From positions 22,276 to 86,275 of the forward strand of contig CAWEJX010000010.1 of NCBI GenBank assembly GCA_963809485.1: 64,000 nucleotides of DNA, written 5' to 3'. The notes beneath the pieces are model-generated. The model was given only the letters and a program-made list of their open reading frames with translations. It was not told the DNA's origin and searched no databases. This stretch comes from an uncultured Acidobacteriota bacterium. Its GTDB lineage: Bacteria; Acidobacteriota; UBA6911. Positions 52,374-61,700 of the stretch are shown piece by piece (positions within the stretch are counted from its first letter, which is position 1; every line of letters begins with the position of its first letter). The translations under genes and the position numbers were made by a program.

Positions 52374-53783
52374 ATGATACACGGCGACGAAATATTCGTT
52401 CATAAATCCAGTCCTTTGAAAAAGAACATGGGTCGGATTGCAGCCCTTGTCTTTCTTGTAGTCGCGGGTGCGCTGCTTTTCTATTACCGGGACTCTCTTT
52501 CATCCCGCGTTTCAAAGGTCCTGGCCAGTACGGAAGACGATCCGATCCCGATAACCAAACTGATGAAACAGCCGTTCTCCCTCACCGTTCCCTCCACGGG
52601 TGAAATCGTCGGCCTCGAAACCACGCCGGTGCCGACCCCCAGTACCGGTTCGGGCACTCTAAGCCTGGCCTGGCTGATACCTGAGGGCAGTTTTGTGCAA
52701 GCTGGAGCCCCCGTGATTCGCTTCGACAGCACCGATGCGAAGCTGAGCCTTGAAAATCAGCAGAATACGCTGGACGCAAACCAGGAAAATACCAAGATTA
52801 AAACGTGGAGCCAGGAAACCGACGACAAGGTGCTGACCATGGACCGCACCGACGCCGAGCTGGAATACGAGTACGCCATGACCGTGATGCCGGAGGATGA
52901 AACCATTTTTTCCAAATGGGACATCATTACGGCGCAGGCCGATGCGCATTACGCCAAAGAGCGGATGGAGTTTTTAAAAAGCAAGGAAAAGACCCAGAAA
53001 CGCATTGCCCGTGCGGATCAGCAGATCCTCGCAATCGAGAGGAACAAAGCACAGACCCAGATTTCCGTTATCCGGCAGACCCTGAATTCCCTCGAACTGC
53101 GCACTCCCGTCGGTGGATTGGTTTTATACCGCAGGGACCACAGAGAAGATCCCCAGGTCGGAAACCAATCCTATCCGGGGCAGGTCCTCGTCGAAGTGAT
53201 TAACCTCGATATCCTGCAGGCCCGTATCTACGTGCTTGAAAGGGACGGGGGCAGCCTGGCTAAGGGACAATCTGTTTCCATCAAGCTGGACGCGATCCCG
53301 GAAAAAGAGTATCACGGAACCATTCGAACCGTCTCTTCTGTGGCGGGTGCCCTGGAGCGCAACTCGCCTTTGCGTTACTTCACCTGTGACGTCGACATTG
53401 TAGATGCAGGCGGAGACCTCAAGCGTATCCGGCCGGGCATGAATTTGCGCGGAGATGTCGTGCTGCAGAAATATGATTCGTGTTTCGTCGTCCCCTCCGG
53501 AGCCGTCACCTACCGGGAAAAGGAGAAGGACAATGTCGTTTATGTCAAGAAGGGTGATGCGTTTGTGTCGAAAACGGTGACGACCGGGCTCAGTTCCCAT
53601 GGAGAGGCAATCATCCTGGGCGGTGTGAATGACGGAGACGTCATCGCGCTGTCTAATCCGTACGAATCCCGCAAGCTTTACCTACCTGATTTCAATGGAG
53701 GAGGGGCGCAACAGGGGCCGGGCGGTATGCCGCCTGGCGGTAGAGGTATGGGTAGAGGGGGGGGAGGGGGAGGGGGGCGTTAG
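52374..53783 (+). CDS. Membrane fusion protein 3 with a Gly-rich tail (start uncertain)
   Basis: PEGSFVQAGA, LRTPVGG, LDAIPEKEYHG, IRPGMN; C-terminal GGMPPGGRGMGRGGGGGGGR. Confidence 0.85.
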   Translation: MIHGDEIFVHKSSPLKKNMGRIAALVFLVVAGALLFYYRDSLSSRVSKVLASTEDDPIPITKLMKQPFSLTVPSTGEIVGLETTPVPTPSTGSGTLSLAWLIPEGSFVQAGAPVIRFDSTDAKLSLENQQNTLDANQENTKIKTWSQETDDKVLTMDRTDAELEYEYAMTVMPEDETIFSKWDIITAQADAHYAKERMEFLKSKEKTQKRIARADQQILAIERNKAQTQISVIRQTLNSLELRTPVGGLVLYRRDHREDPQVGNQSYPGQVLVEVINLDILQARIYVLERDGGSLAKGQSVSIKLDAIPEKEYHGTIRTVSSVAGALERNSPLRYFTCDVDIVDAGGDLKRIRPGMNLRGDVVLQKYDSCFVVPSGAVTYREKEKDNVVYVKKGDAFVSKTVTTGLSSHGEAIILGGVNDGDVIALSNPYESRKLYLPDFNGGGAQQGPGGMPPGGRGMGRGGGGGGGR

Positions 53784-53928
53784 CCAGCAGCGCTCGCCCA
53801 AATCACCGCCCGGCATGGTGACTCAGGATACTCCGGGCTCGAAATTATTTGAGAATCACAGCGCCATTACAGAAAGACGGAGTGTGTTGCAGGCTGAATG
53901 CAACTCTTCGTACACGAGGCCTGATTAT

Positions 53929-55164
53929 ATGCTATCGATGGAAACAATGGTGGGCGCACTGGTTAACCTGGGGCGGCACAAACTGCGATCGTTCCTGACG
54001 ATGCTCGGCATGATATTCGGCGTCGGCGCGGTGATCGCGATGCTGTCAATCGGCGCAGGTGCTGAACAGGAAAGCCTTCGCATTATTGAAAACTTCGGCA
54101 TCCGCAATATCATCATTCAAGCGAAGGAATTCAAGCAGGAGGAACTGCAGCAGATCCGCACCGAATCCCTGGGAGTCAGCATGCGGGATGTGGAGGCTCT
54201 TCAAACGATTCTGAAGCCGAAGCCTCTGATTTCAGCCTCCAGGGTGATAAAAACCTACCAGGTCAATTCGGAGAAAGCGCGCAGTGACAGCCGTGTGCTG
54301 GGCGTGAGCAGCACCTATCCGACCATCCAAAACCTCAAGCTCCTGCAGGGTTCGTTCTTTCTTGCTGCCGATGAAGAGGCAAACGCCCAGGTATGTGTGC
54401 TCGGGATCGTCGCCAAGCAAAAGCTGTTCGGGTTTGGAGACGTTTTGGGGCAGCAGATCAAAGTCAATGATATCTGGTTCACGGTGATCGGGGTCCTTGC
54501 GGACGCCATTGTGGAAAAACAGGAATTCGAGGGAGTGAAGGTTCAAAACCCGAATAACGACATTTATATTCCCATCACCACGGCAATCAGGAAATTCGAC
54601 GTCGAGGATGTGGAAAACGAGCTGAACGAAATCGTTATTCAGATAGGTCCGGGCGCCGAGATCAAGGATCAGGCCTCGACGATCAACAACCTGATGTCGG
54701 TCATGCATCGCTACGTGGACGACTATTCGATCGTGGTCCCCGAAAAACTGCTGGAGCAGAACCAGAAAACCCAGGGCATATTCAACATCGTCATGGGCGC
54801 AATTGCCAGCATCTCGCTGCTGGTCGGGGGTATCGGCATCATGAACATCATGCTGGCTTCCGTCCTGGAGCGTACCAACGAAATCGGCCTGCGCCGCGCC
54901 ATTGGAGCGAAGAAGCTGGATATCCGCATGCAATTCATGGCTGAGGCCATCGCCATCAGCCTTGCCGGTGGTATTATAGGCGTGGCACTGGGTTACGGGA
55001 TTTCCAGAGCAGTGGCCATTTTCTCGGGATGGAGTACTATCATTACCGCCGGGTCCGTCGGGCTTTCCTTCGGGGTGAGCTCGATCATAGGCCTGATTTT
55101 CGGGATATACCCGGCGATTCAGGCATCCAATCTTGATCCGATCGAGTGCCTGCGCTACGAATAA
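53929..55164 (+). CDS. MacB/FtsX-like ABC transporter permease without an ATPase domain
   Basis: HKLRSFLTMLGMIFGVGAVIAM, SLLVGGIGIMNIML, ERTNEIGLRRAIGA, LDPIECLRYE. Confidence 0.92.
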   Translation: MLSMETMVGALVNLGRHKLRSFLTMLGMIFGVGAVIAMLSIGAGAEQESLRIIENFGIRNIIIQAKEFKQEELQQIRTESLGVSMRDVEALQTILKPKPLISASRVIKTYQVNSEKARSDSRVLGVSSTYPTIQNLKLLQGSFFLAADEEANAQVCVLGIVAKQKLFGFGDVLGQQIKVNDIWFTVIGVLADAIVEKQEFEGVKVQNPNNDIYIPITTAIRKFDVEDVENELNEIVIQIGPGAEIKDQASTINNLMSVMHRYVDDYSIVVPEKLLEQNQKTQGIFNIVMGAIASISLLVGGIGIMNIMLASVLERTNEIGLRRAIGAKKLDIRMQFMAEAIAISLAGGIIGVALGYGISRAVAIFSGWSTIITAGSVGLSFGVSSIIGLIFGIYPAIQASNLDPIECLRYE

Positions 55165-55212
55165 ACGGGCAGGATCTGACTTATTCGGCAAGCGGCGAGA
55201 CCATCCGCCGGA

Positions 55213-55659
55213 ATGGAGGGGGATTTGGCAGCCCGCAGCGCCGGCAGAAAGAGCCTAAAAAAGTATGAAATAACCAACCTCCTGTTTTTTCTAACCCTGA
55301 TTGTGGCCCTCGGAGTCCTGGTCTCGTTCGTCTTCCGCTTCTATGGAACCAGGAACAAGGAGTCCTCGAACGAAGGGGCCGTGGGAATCGTGTCCGAAGC
55401 CCTTGGCCAGGGATCCGATGTAGGGCTTTTCTACCTTGATACTAAGATCTCTGAAACAACCCGCCAGTACCGGAGCCGGCTCGAAATCCCGGCGACAGAT
55501 GATGGCCTGATCGCGCAATTGTTCGCCTTGCCCGGAGTCGAAGAGATCACGATCGACCAGAAAATGATACTGCTGAAGAAAAACGGATCGGCCCGCTGGG
55601 AGAGCATCGGACCGGGTGTGCGCCGCATCGTAAAAAGCCATCTTCACCTGCATTATTGA
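55213..55659 (+). CDS. Membrane-anchored protein with a NifU/Nfu N-terminal-like domain
   Basis: One TM helix followed by LIAQLFALPGVEEI...LKKNGSARWESIGPGV. Confidence 0.55.
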   Translation: MEGDLAARSAGRKSLKKYEITNLLFFLTLIVALGVLVSFVFRFYGTRNKESSNEGAVGIVSEALGQGSDVGLFYLDTKISETTRQYRSRLEIPATDDGLIAQLFALPGVEEITIDQKMILLKKNGSARWESIGPGVRRIVKSHLHLHY

Positions 55660-55889
55660 ACGGATAGCGCGGGCATACCCCGACAGAAACGCCGGTTAAT
55701 GCCGGCCATGGAGGGCACAAGTCGCAATATGCAATCTATGGCCTACCACGGTTTCATACATCATTGCCCTCACCGAATAGCTGCGCAATCAGTGGAAAAT
55801 GCAGGCTGACACCCCCGGGTTCCGGCCGCTCTATTCTTTCGGCATAAATGCGGTTAGAATAGCGGCTCTGTAAAAATGGAGGAACTGCA

Positions 55890-56474
55890 ATGAAAAGCAT
55901 GAAGTTTCGGATCGCAACCGCATCCGTTTTCGCTTTGTTCGCAATCGTTCTATCGGCATCGGGGCAGGGAAAAGCGGCCAAATCCAACCCGGTAGTAGTT
56001 CTGGATACAACGATGGGGGCTATCAAGGTGGAGCTGTTTACGGCCAAGGCGCCCATAACAGTCAAAAATTTCCTCGAGTACGTCAATTCCGGGTTTTATA
56101 ACCTCACGATAGTACACCGGGTGGATTTCGTAATCGGGCTGGGAGGATACACGGAAGCCTTGACGGGAAAGCCGACGCGACCCGCTATCAAAAATGAATC
56201 CAGAAACGGGCTCAAGAACCTTCGCGGGACGCTGGCCATGGCCCGCTATGATCCTCCCGACAGCGCAACTTCCCAGTTCTTCATCAACCTTAAGGACAAT
56301 TCCCATCTGGACCCTTCCGGCGGAGGATATGGATACGCTGTTTTCGGCAAGGTGATTGAAGGCATGGATGTGGTGGATGCCATCTCGAAGGTGAAGAAGG
56401 GCAACAAAGGCCCATTTTCGAATATCCCGCTGCAAACGATTGTGGTGAAATCGGCTAAAGTTGCTATAAAGTAG
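55890..56474 (+). CDS. Periplasmic cyclophilin-type peptidyl-prolyl isomerase
   Basis: Signal peptide, APITVKNF, RGTLAMAR, SATSQFFIN, YAVFGKV. Confidence 0.9.
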   Translation: MKSMKFRIATASVFALFAIVLSASGQGKAAKSNPVVVLDTTMGAIKVELFTAKAPITVKNFLEYVNSGFYNLTIVHRVDFVIGLGGYTEALTGKPTRPAIKNESRNGLKNLRGTLAMARYDPPDSATSQFFINLKDNSHLDPSGGGYGYAVFGKVIEGMDVVDAISKVKKGNKGPFSNIPLQTIVVKSAKVAIK

Positions 56475-56507
56475 ATTTACGGCAAAATAGGTGCGCTCAG
56501 GGAACAG

Positions 56508-57230
56508 GTGAAATATCCGGCCATGCGGTTGGTAGCTTTCGACATAGATGGAACACTCATTTCGACCAGAGGCGCAGGTATGCGTGCCTTCTACCGGGCG
56601 TTCCAATCGGTTCTCAATATCAGCGTGGATGGCGGTGTTATCCGCCCCGATGGGATGACGGATCCCCTGATCGTCAAAGGGATACTGAAACATTTCGGCA
56701 TGGCGGACCAGTGGAACGAAAACATTCGTGATGCGCTGTTTTCATCCTATCTATCCTGCCTTGAGGAGGAAATGTCCCGCGCCCGTGAACTCAAATTGAT
56801 TCGTATTCTGCCTGGGGTGGCGGCCCTGCTGGAGGCGCTGTCCAAACAGCCCGATTTCGCGGTCGGTCTGGTAACCGGAAACCTTGAAAGAGGCGCGCTC
56901 ATCAAGCTGAAATGCGCGGATCTGGATCGCTTTTTCGGGTTTGGCGGCTTCGGCTCTGATTCGGAGGACCGTACCGAGCTTACGCGGATCGGTTTGCGGA
57001 GAGGCTCCCAACTGGCTGGGGAAGATCGCGTGAAAGGAGCCTTCGTTATCGGAGATACGCCCCTCGATATCATTCACGGGCATGCGGCAGGAGCTACCGT
57101 AATTGCTGTGGCTAGCGCCGGATACGGGATTGATGATCTTCAGGCTCATAATCCGGATCTGGCCCTTCCGGATTTGACCGAAGTGGACTCCATTATTTCG
57201 TTCATGCGGAATTTCCCTCACCGGACCTGA
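56508..57230 (+). CDS. HAD family hydrolase
   Basis: FDIDGTL, LVTGN, IGDTPLD. Confidence 0.9.
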   Translation: MKYPAMRLVAFDIDGTLISTRGAGMRAFYRAFQSVLNISVDGGVIRPDGMTDPLIVKGILKHFGMADQWNENIRDALFSSYLSCLEEEMSRARELKLIRILPGVAALLEALSKQPDFAVGLVTGNLERGALIKLKCADLDRFFGFGGFGSDSEDRTELTRIGLRRGSQLAGEDRVKGAFVIGDTPLDIIHGHAAGATVIAVASAGYGIDDLQAHNPDLALPDLTEVDSIISFMRNFPHRT

Positions 57231-57382
57231 AGGATGGCCAGAGGGACAGGCACCTGTAACTATAAGGCAGGCCGCTCATTTGGGCGGTATTCCGGTTTAA
57301 AATAGGTCGCAGGGCTGGTTATCGTACGCTCCCGGCGGCATTTCGAGGCGCGAAAATAAAGCAGGCACCGCAGGGCAATTTC

Positions 57383-57408
57383 TGTAACAAGCCGGCTTTC
57401 TTCCGTAA
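57383..57408 (+). promoter_or_regulatory. Putative autoregulatory ECF promoter, possibly giving a leaderless mRNA
   Basis: TGTAAC-N15-CGTAA ending 7 nt before ATG 57416; no SD sequence. Confidence 0.45.
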
Positions 57409-57415
57409 CTGAATA

Positions 57416-58024
57416 ATGAGCATGGCAGATTCGGCAGATTCAGCTCTGATCGAAAACACGCTCAAAGGGGATGAATGGGCTTTTGCCGAGCTTGTTCGCC
57501 GTTATCAGGCAGCGGTGTGGGGTACGGTTCACCGGACGCTAGGCAATTCCTCCGAGAATGAAGATGCGGTTCAGGAGATATTCCTCAGGGCCTTTAACTC
57601 ACTGCACAAGTTCGATCTCAAATACCCATTCGGACCTTGGATTCTGCGGATTGCAACGAATTATTGCATCGATCAGCTGCGGAGGAGGAAGAGCCGGAAG
57701 GTCCGGCTCTGGTCGGAGTTGACGGAGTTTGATCAGGAACGCCTGCTCCGGGACTTTTCTCAGGAAGGGGATTGGGATTCCCGGGCTACGGAGGCAAAAG
57801 AGGGATACGCCAAAGTCGCGCGGGCCCTCCTGGATGGCCTGAATCCTAAATACCGGGCAGCTTTTATTTTGAGGGAAGTGGAAGACCGGGCTTATGATGA
57901 AGTGGCAAAAATCATGGGAACGTCTGAAATAGCGGCACGAGTTCGCGTATCGAGAGCCCGATCGGAGTTGCAGAAAAAGTTTCGCGCCTATCTTTCCGGT
58001 TTAAAAAGAAAGGAGCGAAGTTAA
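57416..58024 (+). CDS. ECF RNA polymerase sigma factor
   Basis: GDEWAFAELVRRYQ, EDAVQEIF, WILRIATNYCID, YDEVAKIMG, RVSRAR. Confidence 0.93.
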   Translation: MSMADSADSALIENTLKGDEWAFAELVRRYQAAVWGTVHRTLGNSSENEDAVQEIFLRAFNSLHKFDLKYPFGPWILRIATNYCIDQLRRRKSRKVRLWSELTEFDQERLLRDFSQEGDWDSRATEAKEGYAKVARALLDGLNPKYRAAFILREVEDRAYDEVAKIMGTSEIAARVRVSRARSELQKKFRAYLSGLKRKERS

Positions 58025-58029
58025 AACCT

Positions 58030-58482
58030 ATGAGCCTATGCAACCTGTACGACAAATACCGGGATGGAGAGATGACGCCGTCCCAAAAAGGCGAGTTTGA
58101 GTCCCACCTGGCAGCTTGTACATCCTGCCGAGAGAAAACGGCTCTGCTTGACAGCCTTTCCTATTTTGTCAAGCGGGATGTACCGCAGACGGCGGACCTT
58201 GCCGGTCAAATCGCGTCGCGGGCCTTCAGGCAGAACAGATCCTGGGATGCCGTTATCCTCTCCTGGATAAGGCCGGGGCCTGTCCTGGCCGCGCTTGCAC
58301 TGGCGTTTCTTTTCATTTCGCTTGTCTGGATTGTTCCGGAATACCGGCAGCTCAATATTCTCTCGGAATATGAAAGGTTCATGGATGAGGCGGAAACAAT
58401 CAACCTGAGCACAAGCGCATCGCAAGTGAGCAATGACACTGAACTCGTGCTCTGGCTGCAACAGGAGGGGAATCCACAGTGA
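58030..58482 (+). CDS. Zinc-binding (zf-HC2/ZAS) anti-sigma factor
   Basis: YRDGEM...FESHLAACTSC plus one TM helix, directly after the ECF gene. Confidence 0.85.
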   Translation: MSLCNLYDKYRDGEMTPSQKGEFESHLAACTSCREKTALLDSLSYFVKRDVPQTADLAGQIASRAFRQNRSWDAVILSWIRPGPVLAALALAFLFISLVWIVPEYRQLNILSEYERFMDEAETINLSTSASQVSNDTELVLWLQQEGNPQ

Positions 58483-58898
58483 CTGATCGTCCGCGAGCCC
58501 TAATCATTCTTGTTGCCGTATTCCTGCTGGGGTGTATCACCGGCGCAGGCGGATCCTACTTCTGGCTGAAGAAATCCACAATTCCGGCTATGCCGCAAAT
58601 GGGAAATGCTCCTTCAGGACACGGTCAGGGCCGTCAGCGAATGCCGGAGCTTTTTCAGCTGTCCCCGGAGCAGGAAGCCCGGTTCAGGGAAATCATGGCA
58701 GAGTCTCGCAGAAAACTTGCCGAGCTGCAGAATGAGCAGAGGCCAAAGATCGAGTCAATCCGGTCCGAGACGGATCGCAAGCTCCACGACATTCTCAACG
58801 AAGAGCAGCGAAAGAAATTCGATTCGTACCTGAAGGAAATGCAGAATCGGAGAGGACGCGAGCCCCGGGGGAGAGGACCCGAACCGCTCCCGCGGTAG
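58479..58898 (+). CDS. Periplasmic Spy/CpxP/heavy-metal-sensor-like protein
   Basis: TM anchor, LSPEQ and LNEEQRKKF (LTxxQ-like) motifs. Confidence 0.7.
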   Translation: MTDRPRALIILVAVFLLGCITGAGGSYFWLKKSTIPAMPQMGNAPSGHGQGRQRMPELFQLSPEQEARFREIMAESRRKLAELQNEQRPKIESIRSETDRKLHDILNEEQRKKFDSYLKEMQNRRGREPRGRGPEPLPR

Positions 58899-58919
58899 AT
58901 TGTCTGCTCACGAGCAAAT

Positions 58920-58951
58920 GGGAGCCGGCGGAAAATCCCACTCCGGCTCCC
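58920..58951. terminator. Hairpin after the ECF operon
   Basis: GGGAGCCGG / CCGGCTCCC stem; T-tract is weak. Confidence 0.45.
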
Positions 58952-58963
58952 TATAATTACATT

Positions 58964-59196
58964 AGTAACCCACCGGCTCTGCCGGGGGACTCAAAGAGTT
59001 TGACGGCTCCGTATTTTGAAACGCTGAGAAACGCTGATAAAAGCGCGGACGAACGCGGATTTGTTCGGCGGGCATCGGAAGCGCCTCATCGGCTTTTGCC
59101 CGCGTAAGTCAGCGTTCAAGACCGGCGTAACTCCTCCAACCGCTTTGAGCGGTACAAATCTTTCAAGCCCTCCGGCTTTGCCGGAGGTACCTGACT
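58964..59196. mobile_element. Non-autonomous IS200/IS605-like miniature element, copy 2
   Basis: CCCACCGGCTCTGCCGGGGG left hairpin and CCTCCGGCTTTGCCGGAGG right hairpin; shares long blocks with 34143-34507. Confidence 0.65.
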
Positions 59197-59200
59197 CCCA

Positions 59201-60283
59201 TCAATCTGCTGCTCCTATCCCTGCATTTTTGAGGATTTTATAATATATCGATGAGATGAGCGCCGATCCGCTTGAAGATGGATCGATCCAGCGGAAGACA
59301 CCGGAAGCAGGAAAGTGCAGCGTGGTCGATCCTGTTTCCCCCAAAAATCCATAGCAGACAATGCGGCGGTCGGCGATGCTGTGACGAACGGGTGCGCACG
59401 CCCCGAGGCGAACTGTTTTGCCAAGCATTTTACTGCACATAAAAGCCGCAACCTCTTCCGGTTTTTCACCCTTCGCTAAAGTCCGCACTGGCAGTCCCCA
59501 TTTGCCCGGGATATAGCGAATCCTGCTGGACGAAGTCAGAAGAATCTTCCCCTTCCTCTCCAGAACGAGAGCCGCGATGCGTATTCGTTGGACGGGGCGC
59601 TTCGCGCGAATCCGGGGGATTGTGTCCTGAATGCCCAGGCGGTGCGCTTCGCAGAAGTCTGCAACTGCGCACCGTATGCAATCCGGAGTGAAAGGCAGGC
59701 AAATCACGGCCCCCAGCTCCATCATTGCCTGGGTGAAAGATGCGGCCTGCCGTCGAGGCATCCAGACCGCCATCTGATGATAGAAATAGCTTTCCGGCAC
59801 CTGTCCTCTGAGACCGTTCAAACGTGCAATAACCCGGCGTATGTTTCCGTCCACGGCCGGTTGCGGCCTGTTATAGGCGATGGAGCAAATCGCCCCCGCT
59901 GTATAACGCCCTATGCCGGGCAGCGAAAGAATCTCTTCAATCCCGGAGGGAAAGACTCCGCCCGACCGGGCAATTTGCCGGGCGGTTTTGAGAAGGTTTC
60001 GGGCCCGGCTGTAATAGCCAAGGCCGGACCAGAGTGACAGGACTTCCTCCTCCGAAGCCTGCGCCAGAGATTGCAGGTCCGGGAAGCGCCCGAGGAACCG
60101 GCGATAATAGGGGATAACGGTTTTGACCTGTGTCTGCTGCAGCATGATCTCGGAGATCCATACTCGATAGGGATTCGGATCGACGCGCCAGGGCAGCATT
60201 CTTCGGTGGCGCTTGTACCAGTTCAGGAGTTTTTCACGGAATTCCCGAATAGGCGCAGCGTCCCGCTTTGGCTCTCTTATCAT
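59201..60283 (-). CDS. mutY: A/G-specific adenine glycosylase
   Basis: PYRVWISEIMLQQTQV, WSGLGYYSRARN, LPGIGRYTAGA, CLPFTPDCIRCAVADFC. Confidence 0.95.
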   Translation of the reverse strand: MIREPKRDAAPIREFREKLLNWYKRHRRMLPWRVDPNPYRVWISEIMLQQTQVKTVIPYYRRFLGRFPDLQSLAQASEEEVLSLWSGLGYYSRARNLLKTARQIARSGGVFPSGIEEILSLPGIGRYTAGAICSIAYNRPQPAVDGNIRRVIARLNGLRGQVPESYFYHQMAVWMPRRQAASFTQAMMELGAVICLPFTPDCIRCAVADFCEAHRLGIQDTIPRIRAKRPVQRIRIAALVLERKGKILLTSSSRIRYIPGKWGLPVRTLAKGEKPEEVAAFMCSKMLGKTVRLGACAPVRHSIADRRIVCYGFLGETGSTTLHFPASGVFRWIDPSSSGSALISSIYYKILKNAGIGAAD

Positions 60284-60556
60284 GCAGTCCACACTACCAG
60301 AAGAGCCAAGCCTGAATACATTGAAAAGAGGATCCCCGTGCTGCGCGCGGGCCTTGAGACCTGGAGGCTTTGACTGGGTGTGCCCTCCTCCGATGCATCG
60401 GGCCTTGAGGAATCTGCAGGGGAGTATTGCTGCGTGCCGATAAACCCGAGGATGAACTCAAAGTGGGCATTGAAATGCCCTCATAAAAAGGCTACGCTTT
60501 AAGAAGTAAGTTCCTATCGGAAGGACTGCAGATTTTAAATATAAGGAGTCTAGAAA

Positions 60557-60841
60557 TTGCCGCGAACAAAAAAGAACAGCAAAGCAAAAAATATTCGAGT
60601 ACGTCCCCGATGGACCAAGGAGGAAATCTCCCTTTTGCGGCGCCTCTATCGCACACACAGCAATGCCGAAATTGCCGCGATCCTCAGACGCAAAGTTTCG
60701 TCGGTGGTTTTTAAAGGCCATCGCCTGGGTTTGTCCAAAGGCGCGCGAAGACTCAAGGAGATGGGACGGGAGAACATCCGGCGTCGCTGGGAACCTTTGA
60801 AGCACAGGTCTTCAAAAAAAGCCCGGGGACGGGCAAAATAG
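60557..60841 (+). CDS. Small, very basic HTH protein (GcrA-N/Myb-like)
   Basis: TTG start after AAGGAG; WTKEEISLLRRLY...SNAEIAAIL...VVFKGHRLGL. Confidence 0.65.
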   Translation: MPRTKKNSKAKNIRVRPRWTKEEISLLRRLYRTHSNAEIAAILRRKVSSVVFKGHRLGLSKGARRLKEMGRENIRRRWEPLKHRSSKKARGRAK

Positions 60842-60901
60842 CCGGCATCATTCCTCAAGGACGGTTCGGGATCCTTTGCGCCATGGAACGGGGTGTGAAC
60901 C

Positions 60902-61198
60902 ATGCCGGAACAGAAAATGTGGGAAACTATCAAGCTTCAGGGGAGCGAACTGCTTGAAAAGGTCAAGCAGATAATCCACGAAGGGAATGCCCGCCGGGTT
61001 ATTATTAAACAGGGGGACCGCATTGTAGCCGAGTTCCCATTGACTGCAGGTGTAGTGGGTGCTCTGATTGCCCCGGTGCTCGCCGCGATCGGTGCCCTTG
61101 TCGCGCTGCTAAAGGACTGCTCCATCGAGGTCGAACGTGCCGTACAGGGATCCGGGAGTGAATCACCCAAGACCGAGAGTCCCATGACGGAAAAGTGA
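60902..61198 (+). CDS. DUF4342-like protein
   Basis: LLEKVKQIIHEGNARRVII...PLTAGVVGALIAPVLAAIG...CSIEVER. Confidence 0.8.
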   Translation: MPEQKMWETIKLQGSELLEKVKQIIHEGNARRVIIKQGDRIVAEFPLTAGVVGALIAPVLAAIGALVALLKDCSIEVERAVQGSGSESPKTESPMTEK

Positions 61199-61236
61199 TT
61201 CCCGAATTGATGAGCCTGGTTTTCCCGATAGATATT

Positions 61237-61698
61237 TTAGGAAATTCCTGCCTGATTGACGGCTGCCGGTGTGGATCGCGCACTCTTGCGCGCACGGATG
61301 TTGGATTCCACGGCCAGAAAAACCGCGGGAACCAGCAGCAGGGAGTCGCGGAAAATGGTTTTCAACGATATGGGGTCGTCAAAACTGAAGCATCCGCAAT
61401 TGGCCTGGATTCCGCGAAAATAGGTAATAAGAAGAATAGTCGTGAAAAACAGCAGAATCCCCACGGCGCCCAGCGAAAAATAGCGGATTTTCCATCCGAT
61501 GAGGAGACCGATGCCAAGAATGATTTCCAACCATGGAAAATATGTGGCAATCGGCCAGATCAGACGTTCCGGAACCAGTTGATAGCCCGTGACGGCGGCA
61601 GCGAACTGAAGCGGCGCCTGAATCTTTATGTAGCCGGTGTAGAGAAAAACAACTGCCAGAAGGATTCGTGTCAGCCAATGCAGTGATTTAAGGATCAT
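61237..61698 (-). CDS. MauE/DoxX family membrane protein
   Basis: RILLAVVF, PWLEIILG, NCGCF, RD. Confidence 0.85.
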   Translation of the reverse strand: MILKSLHWLTRILLAVVFLYTGYIKIQAPLQFAAAVTGYQLVPERLIWPIATYFPWLEIILGIGLLIGWKIRYFSLGAVGILLFFTTILLITYFRGIQANCGCFSFDDPISLKTIFRDSLLLVPAVFLAVESNIRARKSARSTPAAVNQAGIS

Positions 61699-61700
61699 GA

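Noticed and set aside
48377-55659. Integrative island at tRNA-Cys
   Set aside because: No integrase, no duplicated tRNA 3' end seen, and no obvious compositional shift.
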